Positions 1 to 12,967 are shown, counted from the first letter of the stretch. The stretch: DNA of 64,000 nucleotides from Squalus acanthias (GCA_030390025.1 CM059432.1:85624001-85688000), one strand, 5' to 3'. Numbers and translations: made by a program. Notes: generated from the sequence alone by a model not told the origin.

Positions 1-693
1 CAGAGCGCTGGCGAAGCTCATGTAATGTCAGTCAGCAATGGAACACACACACAATGGCACGGGCCAGTTCTTAAAGGGGATGGTTAATCTCACTTTCCAT
101 CCACATCCTGCTAATTGCAGCCTTGAATCTCTGCCTGGAGAGACCTGCACATCAAATCTACTGGAAAGAACAATGGAGAGTACCAGGCAAAGAGCTCAGA
201 GTGCAGCCCCCACAGTCTCTTTTAAATCGATACAAGGAATGGCAAATCAAAATGAACCTGCAAAGTGCTGCTCAGTACCCAAAACTCCTTCACACAACGT
301 TGAAACTCTCCAGAAGTCTCTCTCTCTCTCTCTCAGAATGCGTAGTTCAAAAATGGCACCAACAATAAAAGGCAGGAAGCGGTCACCTTTAAATAGCGCT
401 CCCCCTTACCCTTCATGGCTGCAGAACGCTCCACTCAAACTGTAGTTGCTAGCATCAGGCGGTAAGGCAGGGGGCGCCACTCAATATCCGCTCCGGGGCG
501 TTGCGCACTCGACTGACGTCACGATCTGCCGGCGCAGGAGATCGTGGCGGTAGTGTTTAGCGCCGCCGCAAAATGTCTCGTTAATTTCGCAAGCGGCGCA
601 AACTTCGCCGCGCCTGGGCGCGAGATGCTTTGCGCCCCATTAGCACCCTCTTAAGGCGCTAACGGGAGGCGCAACCAACTGAATTTTTCCCCC
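1..693. mobile_element. Harbinger-type MITE (left end outside the window) inserted at the start of CR1 ORF2
   Basis: Ends in TIR AATTTTTCCCCC (682-693). The body matches the reverse complement of the complete element at 59644-60481 (translations GRKRSPLNSAPP vs GRKRLSLNSAPP). The CR1 reading frame resumes immediately after it. Confidence 0.75.
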
Positions 694-3586
694 TTTGTGT
701 CTTAATGCGAGGAGCATTCGTAATAAGGTGGATGAATTAGCTGCGCAAATAGAGGTAAACGAATATGATATGATTGGGATTACGGAAACATGGCTCCAGG
801 GTGACCAAGGCTGGGAACTCAACATACAGGGGTATTCAATATTCAGGAAAGATAGGCAAAAAGGAAAAGGAGGTGGGGTAGCATTGCTGGTTAAAGAGGG
901 GATTAACACAATTGTAAGGAAGGATATTAGCTCTGATGATGTGGAATCTGTATGGGTAGAACTGAGAAATACCAAGGGGCTGAAAACGCTAGTGGGAGTG
1001 GTGTATAGACCCCCAAACAGTAATACGGAGGTTGGGGATGGCATTAAAAGGGAAATTAGAGAAGCGTGCAATAAGAGCACAGCAGTTATCATGGGCGACT
1101 TTAATCTACATATAGATTGGGCTAACCAAATTAGTAACAATACTGTGGAGGAGGAATTCCTGGAGTGTATACGGGATGGTTTCCTGGACCAATATGTCGA
1201 GGAACCAACTAGAGATCAGGCCATCTTAGACTGGGTATTATGTAATGAGAAAGGATTAATTAGCAATCTTGTTGTGCGAGGCCCCATGGGTTGGAGCGAT
1301 CATAATATGATCGAATTCTTCATTAAGATGGAGAGTGAAGTAGTTGACTCAGAGACTAGGGTCCTGAATTTAAATAAAGGAAACTACGATGGTATGAGGC
1401 GCGAGTTGGGTAGGATTGATTGGGGAATGTTACTCAAAGGGTTGACGGTGGAGAGGCAATGGCAAGCATTCAAAGATCGCATGAATGAACTACAGAATTT
1501 GTTCATCCCAGTTTGGCATAAAAATAAAACAAAAAAGGTGACTCAACCGTGGCTAACAAAGGAAATTAGGGATAGCATAAGATCCAAGGAAAGGACATAT
1601 AAATTGGCCAGAAAAAGCAGAAAACCTGAGGATTGGGAGCAGTATAGGATTCAGCAAAGAAGGACAAAGGGATTAATTAAGAGGGGGAAAATAGAGTATG
1701 AGAGTAAGCTTGCGAGGAACATAAAAACGGACTGTAAAACCTTTTATAGATATGTGAAGAGAAAAAGATTGGTGAAGTCAAGCGTAGGTCCCTTGCAGTC
1801 AGAATCAGGAGAATTTATAATGGGGAACAAAGAAATGGCAGACCAATTAAATACATGCTTTGGTTCTGTCTTCACAAAGGAGAACACAAATAACCTCCCA
1901 GAGATGTCGGGGAACATAGGGTCTAATGAGAAGGAGGAACTGAAAGAAATCAGTATTTGTAGGGAAATAGTGTTAGGGAAATTGACGGGATTGAAGGCCG
2001 ATAAATCCCCAGGGCCTGATAATCTACATCCTAGGGTACTTAAGGAAGTGGCCCTAGAAATAGTAGATGCATTGCTGGTCATCTTCCAAAATTCTATAGA
2101 CTCTGGAACAGTACCCATGGATTGGAGGTTAGCTAATGTTACCCCACTATTCAAAAAAGGTGGTAGAGAGAAAACGGGAAATTATAGACCAGTAAGCCTG
2201 ACATCGGTAGTGGGGAAAATGCTAGAGTCCATTATAAAAGATGTAATAGCAGAGCACTTGGAAAACAGTGACAGGATCGGACAAAGTCAACATGGATTTA
2301 CAAAAGGCAAATCGTGCTTGACTAATCTACTGGAATTTTTTGAGGATGTAACTGGTAGGATAGATAAAGGAGAACCAGTGGATGTGGTGTATTTGGACTT
2401 TCAGAAGGCTTTCGATAAGGTCCCGCATAAGAGATTAGCGTGTAAAGTTAAGGCACATGGGATTGGGGGCAAGGTATTGACTTGGATAGAGAACTGGTTG
2501 GCAGACAGAAAGCAAAGAGTTGGAATAAACGGGTCTTTTTCCGAGTGGCAGGCGGTGACTAGTGGGGTACCGCAGGGATCGGTCCTAGGACCCCAGCTAT
2601 TCACAATATATATTAATGATCTGGACGATGGAATTGGATGTAATATCTCCAAGCTTGCAGACGACACAAAGCTGGGTGGGAGTGTGTGCTGTGAGGAGGA
2701 TGCCGAGAAACTCCAGTATGATTTGGACAGGTTGGGGGATTGGGCAGAAGCATGGTAGATGCAATATAATGTGGATAAATGCGAGGTTATCCACTTTGGT
2801 GTCAAAAACAGGAAGGCAGATTATTATCTGAATGGCAATAGATTGGGAGAAGGGGAAGTGCAACGAGACCTGGGTGTCCTTGTGCACCAATCGCTGAAGG
2901 TAAGCATGCAGGTGCAGTAGGCGGTTAAGAAGGCAAATGGTATGTTGGCCTTCGTAGCGAAAGGGTTCGAGTACAGGAACAAGGATGTCTTGCTGCACTT
3001 GTACAGGGCCTTGGTGAGACCACATCTTGAGTATTGTGTGCAGTTTTGGTCGCCTTATCTGAGGAAGGATGTTCTTGCCATGGAGGGAGTGCAGCGAAGA
3101 TTCACTAGGCTGATACCTGGGATGGCAGGAATGACGTATGAGGAGAGATTGGGTCGATTGGGCTTATACTCACTGGAGTTTAGAAGAATGAGAGGGGATC
3201 TCATTGAAACTTATAAAATTCTAACAGGACTAGACAGACTAGATGCGGGAAGGATGTTCCCGATGGCCGGGGAGTCCAGAACCAGGGGTCACAGTCTAAG
3301 GATAAGGGGTAAGCCATTTAGGACTGAGATGAGGAGGAATTTCTTCACCCAGAGAGTGGTGAACCTGTGGAATTCTCTACCACAGAAGGCAGTAGAGGCC
3401 AATTCATTAAATATATTCAAGAAGGAGTTAGATATCTATCTTAAAACTAAAGGGATCAAGGGATATGGAGAGAAGGTAGGGACAGGGTACTGAATTTGGA
3501 TGATCTGCCATGATCTCATTGAATGGCGGAGCAGGCTCGAGGGGCTGAATGGCCTACTCCTGCTCCTATCTTCTATGTTTCTATGT
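694..3586 (+). mobile_element. CR1 LINE, near-complete ORF2 (APE endonuclease + reverse transcriptase) with 3' tail
   Basis: ORF 695-2758 has [39 protein letters not shown] and LADD. The frame continues past TAG stops at 2756 and ~2917 to 3493. 3' tail TTCTATGTTTCTATG. Confidence 0.95.
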
Positions 3587-4625
3587 AAACAGGGTCTACA
3601 GACAGAGGATCAGCTACCTCAACATGTCTGAGCAGCAGTGCCAAAGGCAGCTCCGACTTTCGCGAGAGGTAGTGGGTGACATCTGCGCAATGCTGCAACA
3701 AGACCTGGAGCCCAGAGGACTAGGTGGACGCCCCTTACCAGTGGCCGTCAAAGTCAGCACCGCACTCAACTTTTTTGCCTCAGGCTCATTCCAGGGATCA
3801 GCAGCAGACATCAGCGGCATCTCCCAGGCGGCCACACACACCTGCATCATGCAGGTAACTGATGCCCTCTTTGCCATCGCGCACAATCACATCCATTTCT
3901 CCAAGGATCGAGCAAATGTCACGGCGCGTGCAGTTGGATTAGCTAATCTGGCAGGCTTTCCAAGGGTGCAGGGCGTCGTTGACTGCACACATGTGGCCTT
4001 TAAGGCACCCCATCGCAATCCAGGTATTTTTGTCAACCGCAAGGGCTTCCACTCCCTCAACGTTTAGCTGGTGTGTGACCACAAGAAGGGAGTTCTGCAT
4101 GTTTGTGCCAAGTACCCTGGCAGTTGCCATGACTCCTTCATACTGCGCCAGTCTAGTGTGCCTCCGCTATTCAGTCTGCCAGACCAACTTCACGGATAGC
4201 TACTTGGAGACAAGGGCTATCCCCTGAAGATGTGGCTAATGACGCTGTTGAGGAGCCCATCCAACGCAGCTGAGGAGAGCTACAACTCCAGCCACATTTC
4301 CACCAGAGCCATAATCGAGCAAACCATCGGTATGCTGAAGATGCGCTTCAGATGCCTGGATAGATCAGGTGGAGCCCTGCAATACTCAGCAGCCAGGGTC
4401 TCCAGAATCGTCATGGTTTGCTGTGCACTTCACAACATGGCACAGTGTCATGGCTTACAGATGCCGGAGGACCAAGTGGCTCCTCACATAGCCTCCTCAG
4501 ATGAGGAGGAGGAGGAGAGAGAGAACGAACAACTTGCAGAGGCCCCTCAACCAGCGGCAGCATTAGGCGAGACCATAGCTGCCCGGAATGCAAGGAACGC
4601 ACTCATCTTGGCCAGATTTGCTTAG
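3587..4625 (+). pseudogene. Harbinger (HARBI1-like) DDE transposase with two nonsense codons
   Basis: One frame with motifs [64 protein letters not shown] and CCALHN. TAG at 4065 and 4197. Confidence 0.9.
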
Positions 4626-4882
4626 CCTGGACAAGCAAGCACTTTTGCCTCGCAGCTTCTTACCAGAGCTACGACAATGGCCCAGACCCAGCGGATCCCT
4701 AACAATGTGACCACCATACTGACAATTGCAAATTATCCTAAGGCCTCATTGTGGAAGTCCCATTAGCGAAATGACAGACGCCACAACTGCAGCTGTAGCC
4801 ATCAGAGTTTTTATTTACACTTTACACCTGATGGCTTTTTCACATTAAACATCAAAATTCACCCAAGTGACTACCCTTGTGA

Positions 4883-6844
4883 CTATTTGTGCAGTTTCTT
4901 TCTCTTACGCGTGCTCCTATGTGGTGCTTCCCCTGTGGCTTCAGCAGAAGTGGAGGCCCCCTGCTCAGTTTGTTGCTGCTCCTGTCTCGACTCCTTTGGC
5001 GGGCGTTCTCTGGGGTTGCGAACCTGCGAGGGCTCGGCAACAGTGTGCTGCTCCTGCGGCTGGGCAGGGGTTGAGACGCCGATCTCAGTTGGGTGCGGAC
5101 TCTGGTGGGGCTCTGACCGAGGACATGTCAGTGGCATGGAAGTGTGAGCGCTTGGAGAGGAGCCCCCACCTCCTTGTTGTGTGCCACCAACATCCCTCTC
5201 ATGGGTTAGGTCCACCTCAGCACTTGCAAGTGGCTTGAGAGCACCTTGCTGCACATCAGGGGGGCCATGGAGACCCGTATCTGCACTGGAAGTCCTACTC
5301 AGAAGGACTTCCATGAAGGTCTGGTTTCTCTGTTCAATAGATGACCATCGCTCCACAAGAGATGCCAGTCTATTCTGAACAATAACCATGTTTTCTACAC
5401 TTTGGCGACTTATCTCCTCCATAGCCGTAGCCATCCTCTCCTCTACTGTAGCCATCCTTTCCACGGAGGTTGCCATCCTTTCCGTGGTGATGCGTTCATG
5501 CGCCAATGACTCCACAAAGGCTCTGCTCATGTTCGCTATGGACTCCTCCATTCGCTCCACACTCGCAGCGACCCTGGAGACAAAACCTGTCAGAGACTCC
5601 TGCATCTGTTGCTGGAGTCCCAGCACCGCTGATCTTATGGATGGACCCAGAGGCAGAGGGTCGACATGCAGCTGAGCCGAGCTAGGAGAGTCCTGCGCCC
5701 TCCGACTAGGACTCTCCACTGCTGTCCCTGTCTCCACCATCTGCTGATGCTCACTTGTGAGCTGTGATACACCAGGTGACAACACTACTCTATGTCCCGA
5801 GGGTCCCACCGAGGTGTGAGTGTCTGCGCTGGTGCTGGGTGCGCTGAGTTCTGCTGACGCTGCGCCCTCAGAGGTTGCAGCTTCCTCTGAGGAGTCTGTC
5901 TGCTCAGGCTCTTCCTCCTGGCTAGTGGGGACGGGTGCTTGCGATGGTCCTGTGGGGGAGTAAAGGAAAGAGTCAGAGATGTTATGCCAAGGTTACATGC
6001 ACATTGCATATTGCAGATGATCATAAATCCATCTGTTAGAGCTTCAGATTCATTATCAGTGACTCATGCAATGTCAATGAGAGAGATGGAACACTATTCA
6101 GTCACCAGCTTGCTCTGATGCACCCGTCTGTCCGTCCCCCACTTGCGTATCCTCCTCTACTCCCACGATCTCCAGGACCGCATCCTCCCAGGGGGTGAGC
6201 TGGGCTAATGAGGGTAGCCCTCCTCCTGTCCTGGCTCTTTCCCTTTTATTGTGAGCTCTCTTTTCCTGCAATGAGGGAGACAAGTGGAGTTTGAGTGAGA
6301 TTGAAGGAGTGAGTGTAGAGAATCCATAACATAGATGCTTAGAAGGAGACAAAGATGGATTGAGGTGGCGAGACTAAGGGCCCTCCCTGTGTGTTGTAAG
6401 TTGTTTTCAAAGCATGACAGTGATAGGGAGTGTGAGGGCTGCATAGTCGAATAGTAAGGTGAATGTGACCATAGAGGGAGAGGGAATGGGTAAGGGTGCA
6501 TGGATGTCAGTGTCAAGTGGGATATGGAGGAAGAGGTTGCTAAAGCTGAGTGCTGGTGAGGAGAGGCAATGGGGATCAGATTGAGGGTGAAGGGAAAGTC
6601 ATACTCACTTTTGCAGTACGTAGAAGGTCATGAAACCTCTTCCTGCACTGGATCCAGGTTCTGCAGGTGAATGATAAGGAGTTGAACTCCTGGGCGATCT
6701 GGACCCACACAGCCTTGGTCTGCTGGGGAGGGTTCTTCCTCCCTGAGGAGGGGAAGAGCACCTCTCTGTTGGCTTTTGCTCCACCAAAGCTTGCAGGGCA
6801 ACGTCATCGAACCTGGGAGCAGACCTGGGTCGTTGGCTGGCCAT
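4883..6844 (-). pseudogene. Harbinger accessory Myb/SANT-like DNA-binding protein gene, 3 exons (6844-6609, 6265-6106, 5949-4883)
   Basis: Motifs RSAPRFDD..LQALV, W..IA..F, RTWIQCRKRFHDL and ERARTGGG. GT-AG introns; exons 2 and 3 join in frame into ORF 4883-5809. One frameshift in exon 1 (~6775). Confidence 0.85.
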
Positions 6845-7123
6845 TCCTGCTGCAGTTGCCTTTAGAATAGAGGTCCAAAAGCTTGGCAGCCTGCAGAAGA
6901 AGCAAGGCTTGTTGCAAACCTTAAATGCAGCAGCAATGATGACGTCATCGGAGGCGACTTTCAGACTGGAATAACTCATTGGCCATGGGTTCCCACATGT
7001 TGGAACTCAATTGGCCAATTAAGTGAAAATCGCATCATTCATCCACATTAATCTGGAGTCGGGTGGGCAACACGAAATGCGGGTAGCACGACCCCAACCC
7101 GCCCCAGTATCAAAATCCAGCCC

Positions 7124-7713
7124 ATAGAGTACAAAAGCGTGGAAATTATGATGAACCTGTATAAAACACTGCTTCAGCCTCAACTGCAGTATTGTGTCCA
7201 ATTCTGGGCACCGCACTTTAGGAAAGATGTGAAGGCCTTAGAGAGGGTGCAGAAAAGAATTACAAGAATGATTCCAGGGATGAGGGACTTGAGTTACATG
7301 GATAGACTGGAGAAGCTGGGGTTGATTGAGAAGAGATTTGATAGAGGTGTTCAAAATCATGAGTAGTCTGGTCAGAGTAAATAGAGAGAAACTGTTCCCA
7401 TTGGCAGAGGGGTCGAGAACCAGAGGACACAGATTTAAGGTAATTGGCAAAAGAACCAAAGGCGACATAAGAAAAAACTTTTTTACACAGCGAGTCATTA
7501 GGATCTGGAATACACTGCCTGAAAGGGTGGTGGAGGCAGACTCAATCACAGCTTTCAAAAGGGAGTTGGATAAGTACCTAAAAGAAAAAATTTGCAGGGC
7601 TACGGGAAAAGGGCAGGGGAGTGGGACTAGCTGAGGTGCTCTTGCAGAGAGTCGGCACGGGCTCGACGGCCGAATGGCCTTCTTCTGTGCTGTAATCATC
7701 CTATGATTCTATG
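7124..7713 (+). mobile_element. CR1 LINE 3' portion, the target of the Harbinger insertion
   Basis: LYKTLLQPQLQYCVQFWAP and [12 protein letters not shown] motifs; tail CTATGATTCTATG. Same subfamily as the 3' part of 36969-38108. Confidence 0.9.
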
Positions 7714-7935
7714 ACCAATTCCTGGTTATCCTCGGGCTCATGTTTTGGGTGCCGCTGCCTCCACAGCACCTAATCTGGGCCCAAATGAAAATCTATCCCT
7801 CTGACTGTTGCTGGGTATAGTTCTGCATGCAGGAACATGTTGATGCCTCATCCAAGTGACTTTTCTTCATGTGTGGGTCTGGACATAACTGTGGAAAGGC
7901 TATTCTATTGTATAGATATCATAACTAAGAACAAT

Positions 7936-10615
7936 GGCCTCAAAATTCGGTTGGGTCCAAAGTGGTGTCCGAGCAGTGCGCGCACACTTCTGGTGCAGGC
8001 TGTGCAGGATGCCCTCTTGGTGAGGGCAGTAGGGCGTTAGGAACGTGCACTGGAAGTATAGTAAGTAGGCAGATCGTGACGTCAATTAGCATGTAACACT
8101 GATTTGACGCCAACGCTGCCATTTTCGTCATCATCGCTGGAACTAACACCCTGTGTTAACCTCGCATAGCTGAACATGCATTCAGCAGCATGAAGGAGCT
8201 CCCACTAGCGTAAAGGCATTATCAACAACTTTCAGGTAACTTGCTTTTTGATTTCTAATCGCTCTGTGTAAGTTGTGGAACTGTTTGGAGCTTTCTAGAG
8301 TTATTTAAAGTTGGTGAGGTGACAGGGAGTGGTGCTGCAAGTGGAGAAGGCCTTGCTTCTGAACTCAAGGGTTCTGGTCAGACCACTTGCTCCCAGTCAT
8401 GGGTGCTATAGTTGTTATTCCCCTTGGCCTGCAGCATGACAGGGAGATGGAGCAAAGGTAGCAAAGAAGTGGACAAGCTGCTCGCAGCGGGAGGAGGAGG
8501 AGGAGGAGGAGGAGAAGGGCACTTAGCAGGAGGCCTTACCCACCTAGGGTCTTCCAAGTGCAATTCTCTTACCTCAACCTGAGTTAGAAGCAGTGTCGGA
8601 GGCGTCTGTGATTTACGAAGGAGGCGCTCACAGAACTCTGCCACCTCTTGCAATCAGACCTGCAGCCTCACACCAGGGCAAGGACAGTGCTGCCAATGGT
8701 TGTGAAGGTGACCGTGGCCCTGAATTTCTTTGCATCGGGATCCTTCCAGGCTGGAGCAGGCGACATCTGTAACATCTCCCAGTTTGCTGTCCACTGTTGC
8801 ATAAGAGAGCTGACAGAAGCTCTTCATGCCAGGAGAGTGGACTTCATTGTCTTCTGTCTGACCAGACAGAAGCAGACAGAGCGGCTTTGCCAGTACAGCG
8901 GACCTCCCCATGGTGCATGGCTCCATCGACTGCACGCATGTGGCCTTGCAGGCGCCGCATATAAATGCTGAGTTGTACCGCAACCGCAAGGGTTACCACT
9001 CGCTGAATGTGCAGTTGGTGTGCGAGCATGCTCAGCATATCATGATGGTGAATGCCCAGTATCCTGGCAGCAGTCATGATGCTTTTATTCTGCGCCAGTC
9101 CACTGTTCCCTCAGTCTTTGAGCCACCAAGACAAACCAGAGGGTGACTATAGGGCGACAAGGGCTATCCCTTGACCATCTGGTTCATGACTCCGCTTCGC
9201 AACCCAACCACCCGTGGGCAGCATGCGTCCAACGAGGACCATACTGCCACATGAAACATCATAGAGAAGACCATTGGCGTTCTTAAAAAGTGCTTCCGCT
9301 GCTTGGACCGCCCTGGAGCAGCCCTACAGTACTCTCCGGAGCATTTGTCCCGATTCATCGTGGGCCATCAATAGGGCACAGCCCTTGTCACCAGGGATAT
9401 GGCCACCAGCTCAGGAGCAGGAGGAGGAGGAGGAGAAAAAGGAGGAGGATGAGGAAGAGGAGGGAGCGGAAGCAGAAGGAAGGAGGCAACCCAGACAGCC
9501 CCTTTCTGGCCGGGATCTCCAAGATCGACTCATTCGCCTGCGGTACCAGTGAACGCAACCCCAATTCCCCATTCAACAACAGTCCCACACCTTACCTTCC
9601 CTCTGTTATTGACCATCACAGCGTCATCTTGGCCACAATGCTGAAATAAAAGCCACCACAAAGCAAATTTTCCAATCAAACTTCATCCATATATCCATCC
9701 AATATTACATCAAACATTCAACTAATCACCCTTGTGCATTCCCTTAGTGACTGATTTGCGTGTGCCTTTGCCTGTCCTAGTGCTCCTACCCCAGTGTCTG
9801 CAGCATGGTTGGTGGAAGGCTGCTGACTTTCAGTGGGGGAGACTGCAGATGGCCTTGCAGGATGACCTTGAGGATCTCTGGGCCTAGTAGGCCCGGCTAT
9901 GGAATGCACCACCTCGGCATGGGCGGTAGCAGTCTGGGCTGGTTGGCTGACAGGCAACAGCAAGGCACTGGTGGAGTGGCAGTGATGGGAGGACGAATGC
10001 TATCATTCTGCAAGAGGACAGAAGGTTGGCCTCCACAGATCCATTGTCATTACCCCGGGGCAGCACCTCAGCAATCTTAGTAATCTGCAGGAGTACAGAC
10101 TGCTGGACTGCTGTGGCATCCTGCAAACCCCTTTCAACACTAATAAACTCAGCCATGATGGCAACAGTCTGTGCTTGCATGAGTTCAATTTGAGCTTCCA
10201 TTGCAGCACTCGGACACAGGGTGGCTTGTGCTTGTGCTGCAATGGAAGCGGAGACTTCGGCTATCAGACACGGCACGATGGTTGGGTCCACAAATGCGTT
10301 AATGGATCTGCCCAGACCTTCAACGCTGGAAAGGATGGGCTCCAAGCTCTGTCAAAAGCCCTGTGCAAGGCTGGAGCTGGACTCCTCCATGCTCCTTGAT
10401 ATTGCATGCAAGCTTTCTGGCAGGCCTGCCAATGCACCAAGCATTTCATTGTGCATGCCCATCAGCGTTCTTCTGTAGGCCACCCCATCGAAGTCTTCAT
10501 ATGAGTCCTGTACAGCAGAAATCATGTGCGACCTCGCCCTCCGGGGAACTGGCACCTGAGCTACCCTTCCTCCCTGCCCTGGCTGCAGGCCACTCGTGCC
10601 CATTGACTCATTCAA
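7936..10615. mobile_element. Decayed Harbinger transposon: transposase (+, ~8400-9552) and accessory ORF remnant (-, ~9718-10615); right end missing
   Basis: Left end GGCCTCAAAATT. Motifs [54 protein letters not shown] and an acidic tail. Homologous to 27992-30894. Confidence 0.85.
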
Positions 10616-10726
10616 AGATAAACTTGCTTGGAGGAGTTACTGTGGCCAACAATGTGATGGAGTACAATTAACATGCAGTTGTATTGACAAAATTATCGAA
10701 GTCGATGTAAAAAGAAAACTGCAAGT

Positions 10727-10866
10727 CTGAAATAAAAACAGAAAATATTTGGAATGCACGGCAGGTTGATAAGCATCTTAAAGAGAAAGGTAGGCTAACG
10801 ATTTGGGCATAATCCTTCATCAGAACCTTTCTTGATGAAGGCACACACCCAAAACTTTAACCTTTT
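10727..10866. repeat. Palindromic Penelope-associated repeat remnant with two inverted, degenerate hammerhead-like cores
   Basis: Starts CTGAAATAAAAACAGAAAAT, as in the 40290 insert. TCATCAG at 10817-10823 (CTGATGA on the minus strand) and TTGATGAAGG at 10832. Confidence 0.5.
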
Positions 10867-11019
10867 AGACCAGCTGTACAAGTACTACATTTTCTATTTT
10901 TATTTAATATATATTACTGAAGCATCCTGTGTTGTCCCTATTTGTGTGAATTCAACTCCTTCACCCTGTCAGGCTCAACATTCCCTCGTTGATCCTCTTG
11001 ATTATCTCAGGGGAACTCA

Positions 11020-12072
11020 GGGGTTTATTTTGGTGAAAGGATGAAAACAGGCGCTAAGTGGGTGTTGTGCTACTAATATACGCCTGTTTGAAGGCCTGGT
11101 TTTAGTCCGCAATTTTGGGGTTAATTGTTGATTGCCATGATTTAAATGTGCTTGGAAGCGCGAGAACAGACACCTGCAGGTTTAGCACTCAAGCGCTGTT
11201 TAGAAACAATTTTCGTGGAGCAGTATACGTAGCATCCACACACTCACTTCCACTGAAAGTGTGAACTGCGCCGGCTGATACACAACGGAACGTTGCAGGA
11301 TGGCTCAGGGACCGAGGGAAAGGGGTCACAGGTTCTTGGACGTGGCATTGGAGGTCCTGGTGAAGGAGGTCCAGAGGAAGAGGAATGTCCTATACCCGCA
11401 GGGGGAAGGAGTCCACCTCGCCCTCCTGTCCCTCTCTCCTGCAGCAGCTGGTGCTGCTCTGCCTGGCCTCATGTCCTTCTCCCATTCCTCCTCCAGACCA
11501 CGGGGGACCTCCTAGCAAGATCCCCATGACCAAGCACTCCCTTTCTCCTGGTGATTCCTATAAGATCTCCAATAAGTTGGAATAGCACAGCACACACTCT
11601 CTTTAGGTGAACTCCTCAGATAATTTCCGGGAAAAATGTTGACAAAGTGTTGGTGAAGTCTTGACAAAGTGTCCCAGAAAGTCTCCCGATGTGTCTCAAA
11701 AGTCCTCTTCAAACGCAGTCTATCTCCGGGTGCAAGTGAACAGAGAAAGCTGAGCATGGTTTTAAGTAGCACTAGAAATCCTTAGCAACAATTTGTTTAC
11801 TCCTGTTCAGCTGGTCGCTGTTAGGAGAGGTCGTTAATTGCAGCGCTAGGCAGCAAAATGTGGTGCAGCCTCTTTAATGAGCACTAGCAGGCAATTTAAT
11901 TGTCAATCTAAGCCTTAACAATCCTTGGGGTGGCCATTCCTAGCATGCTTCAACTCCTTTACCAAGATGGTGTCTTGCGCTAAAGGTGGGCTAAACAGGC
12001 GTTGCTTAAGACCCCATCTTGGCCAACTTGGAGGCTCTTTAGCGCCTAAAGTATACGGGGAAAATCGCCCCC
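11020..12072. mobile_element. Internally deleted Harbinger element with a Myb-like N-terminal fragment (+, ~11300-11410)
   Basis: Imperfect TIRs GGGGTTTATTTT / AAAATCGCCCCC, TSD TCA on both sides (11017-11019, 12073-12075). Translation RERGHRFLDVALEVLVKEVQRKRNVLYP. Confidence 0.7.
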
Positions 12073-12602
12073 TCACTCTTTAGAGGAAAAAAGTAGTTTT
12101 CAAGACTGTTAAAGCTAATGCAAATGATTTAAGCTTTTGACTTCTAAAATCGTTCTCTTTACCTGTCTCCAAAAACGTGAAGCTGCACTTGCTCGAAGAA
12201 GCCAGTGTTTGTCATCCAAAGTCTCCATTGATATGAACTGGGCAACGTTGTCTTTATTCCTGTCACTGTATGTATTGATTGTACTGTAATGCTATTTGAC
12301 ATCTTAGAGGCACAAAAACACAGCAATTGCTGTAATAGTACAGCAGGCAGGAAGCAATAAAACAATTTTGCACTGATGTGCTGCAAGGAAATACTGTAAA
12401 AGCTTCTGAATGTTTAATACTAAAGTAAAGAAGAGTACATTCCATCAGCTGCCAGGTATTTATTCTTCATTGTAAGGTTAATATTTAATGGGACTTTCTC
12501 AAGGATTACATCAAAATCTCCTTAAAAGAGGCAGTCTCATCATTTGTACCTCTTTAAAACCAGTTAAAAATAGCATATAATCAGGAGCGGCAGGGGGAAA
12601 CT

Positions 12603-12920
12603 TGGTGGCGCAGTGAATTAGCACTCTGGATTTTTACCTCTGGGAACTGACATCACATCTGGCTTAGTCTAATGGGATGACAGTTTATTTTCGTTGCTGG
12701 CTATAAGGGACTTATGTCAATTGAGTTTGGGCAGTCTCCAGGTTCTGAGTGAGTTGGAATCTCACTTGGAGGTCACTTGGTGTAAAAAATGGAAATTTCA
12801 AATCAGTGTAGCAGAGCCTGCTCTGCAAAGGCACAATATTAGAGTGGAGTAGAAGCAGCTTTACTCTGCAACTGGCTAGGTACACCTGACCTGGGAATGC
12901 TTGATGTTGACACTGCAGGA
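12603..12920 (+). mobile_element. Degenerate tRNA-derived SINE
   Basis: A-box-like TGGTGGCGCAGTGAATTAGCAC head; the body is heavily decayed. Confidence 0.4.
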
Positions 12921-12967
12921 AGATTTTCTAAATCCTCACCCACCACCAGTGCCTTGGGGACTCTGTG

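Larger units (their letters stand above)
3587..7123. mobile_element. PIF/Harbinger DNA transposon, autonomous type (transposase + Myb-like gene); 5' part displaced by the CR1 insertion
   Basis: Convergent transposase and Myb/SANT-like genes. Right TIR CAAAATCCAGCCC (7111-7123) is followed directly by CR1 sequence. Confidence 0.9.

Noticed and set aside
640..3025. Antisense ORFs over CR1 copies (also 17104-17514 and 63261-63611)
   Set aside because: Shadow frames of LINE ORF2 that recur in every copy.
3549..4625. Host HARBI1 gene
   Set aside because: Nonsense codons, a TIR, a partner Myb gene and multiple paralogous copies in the window indicate a transposon.
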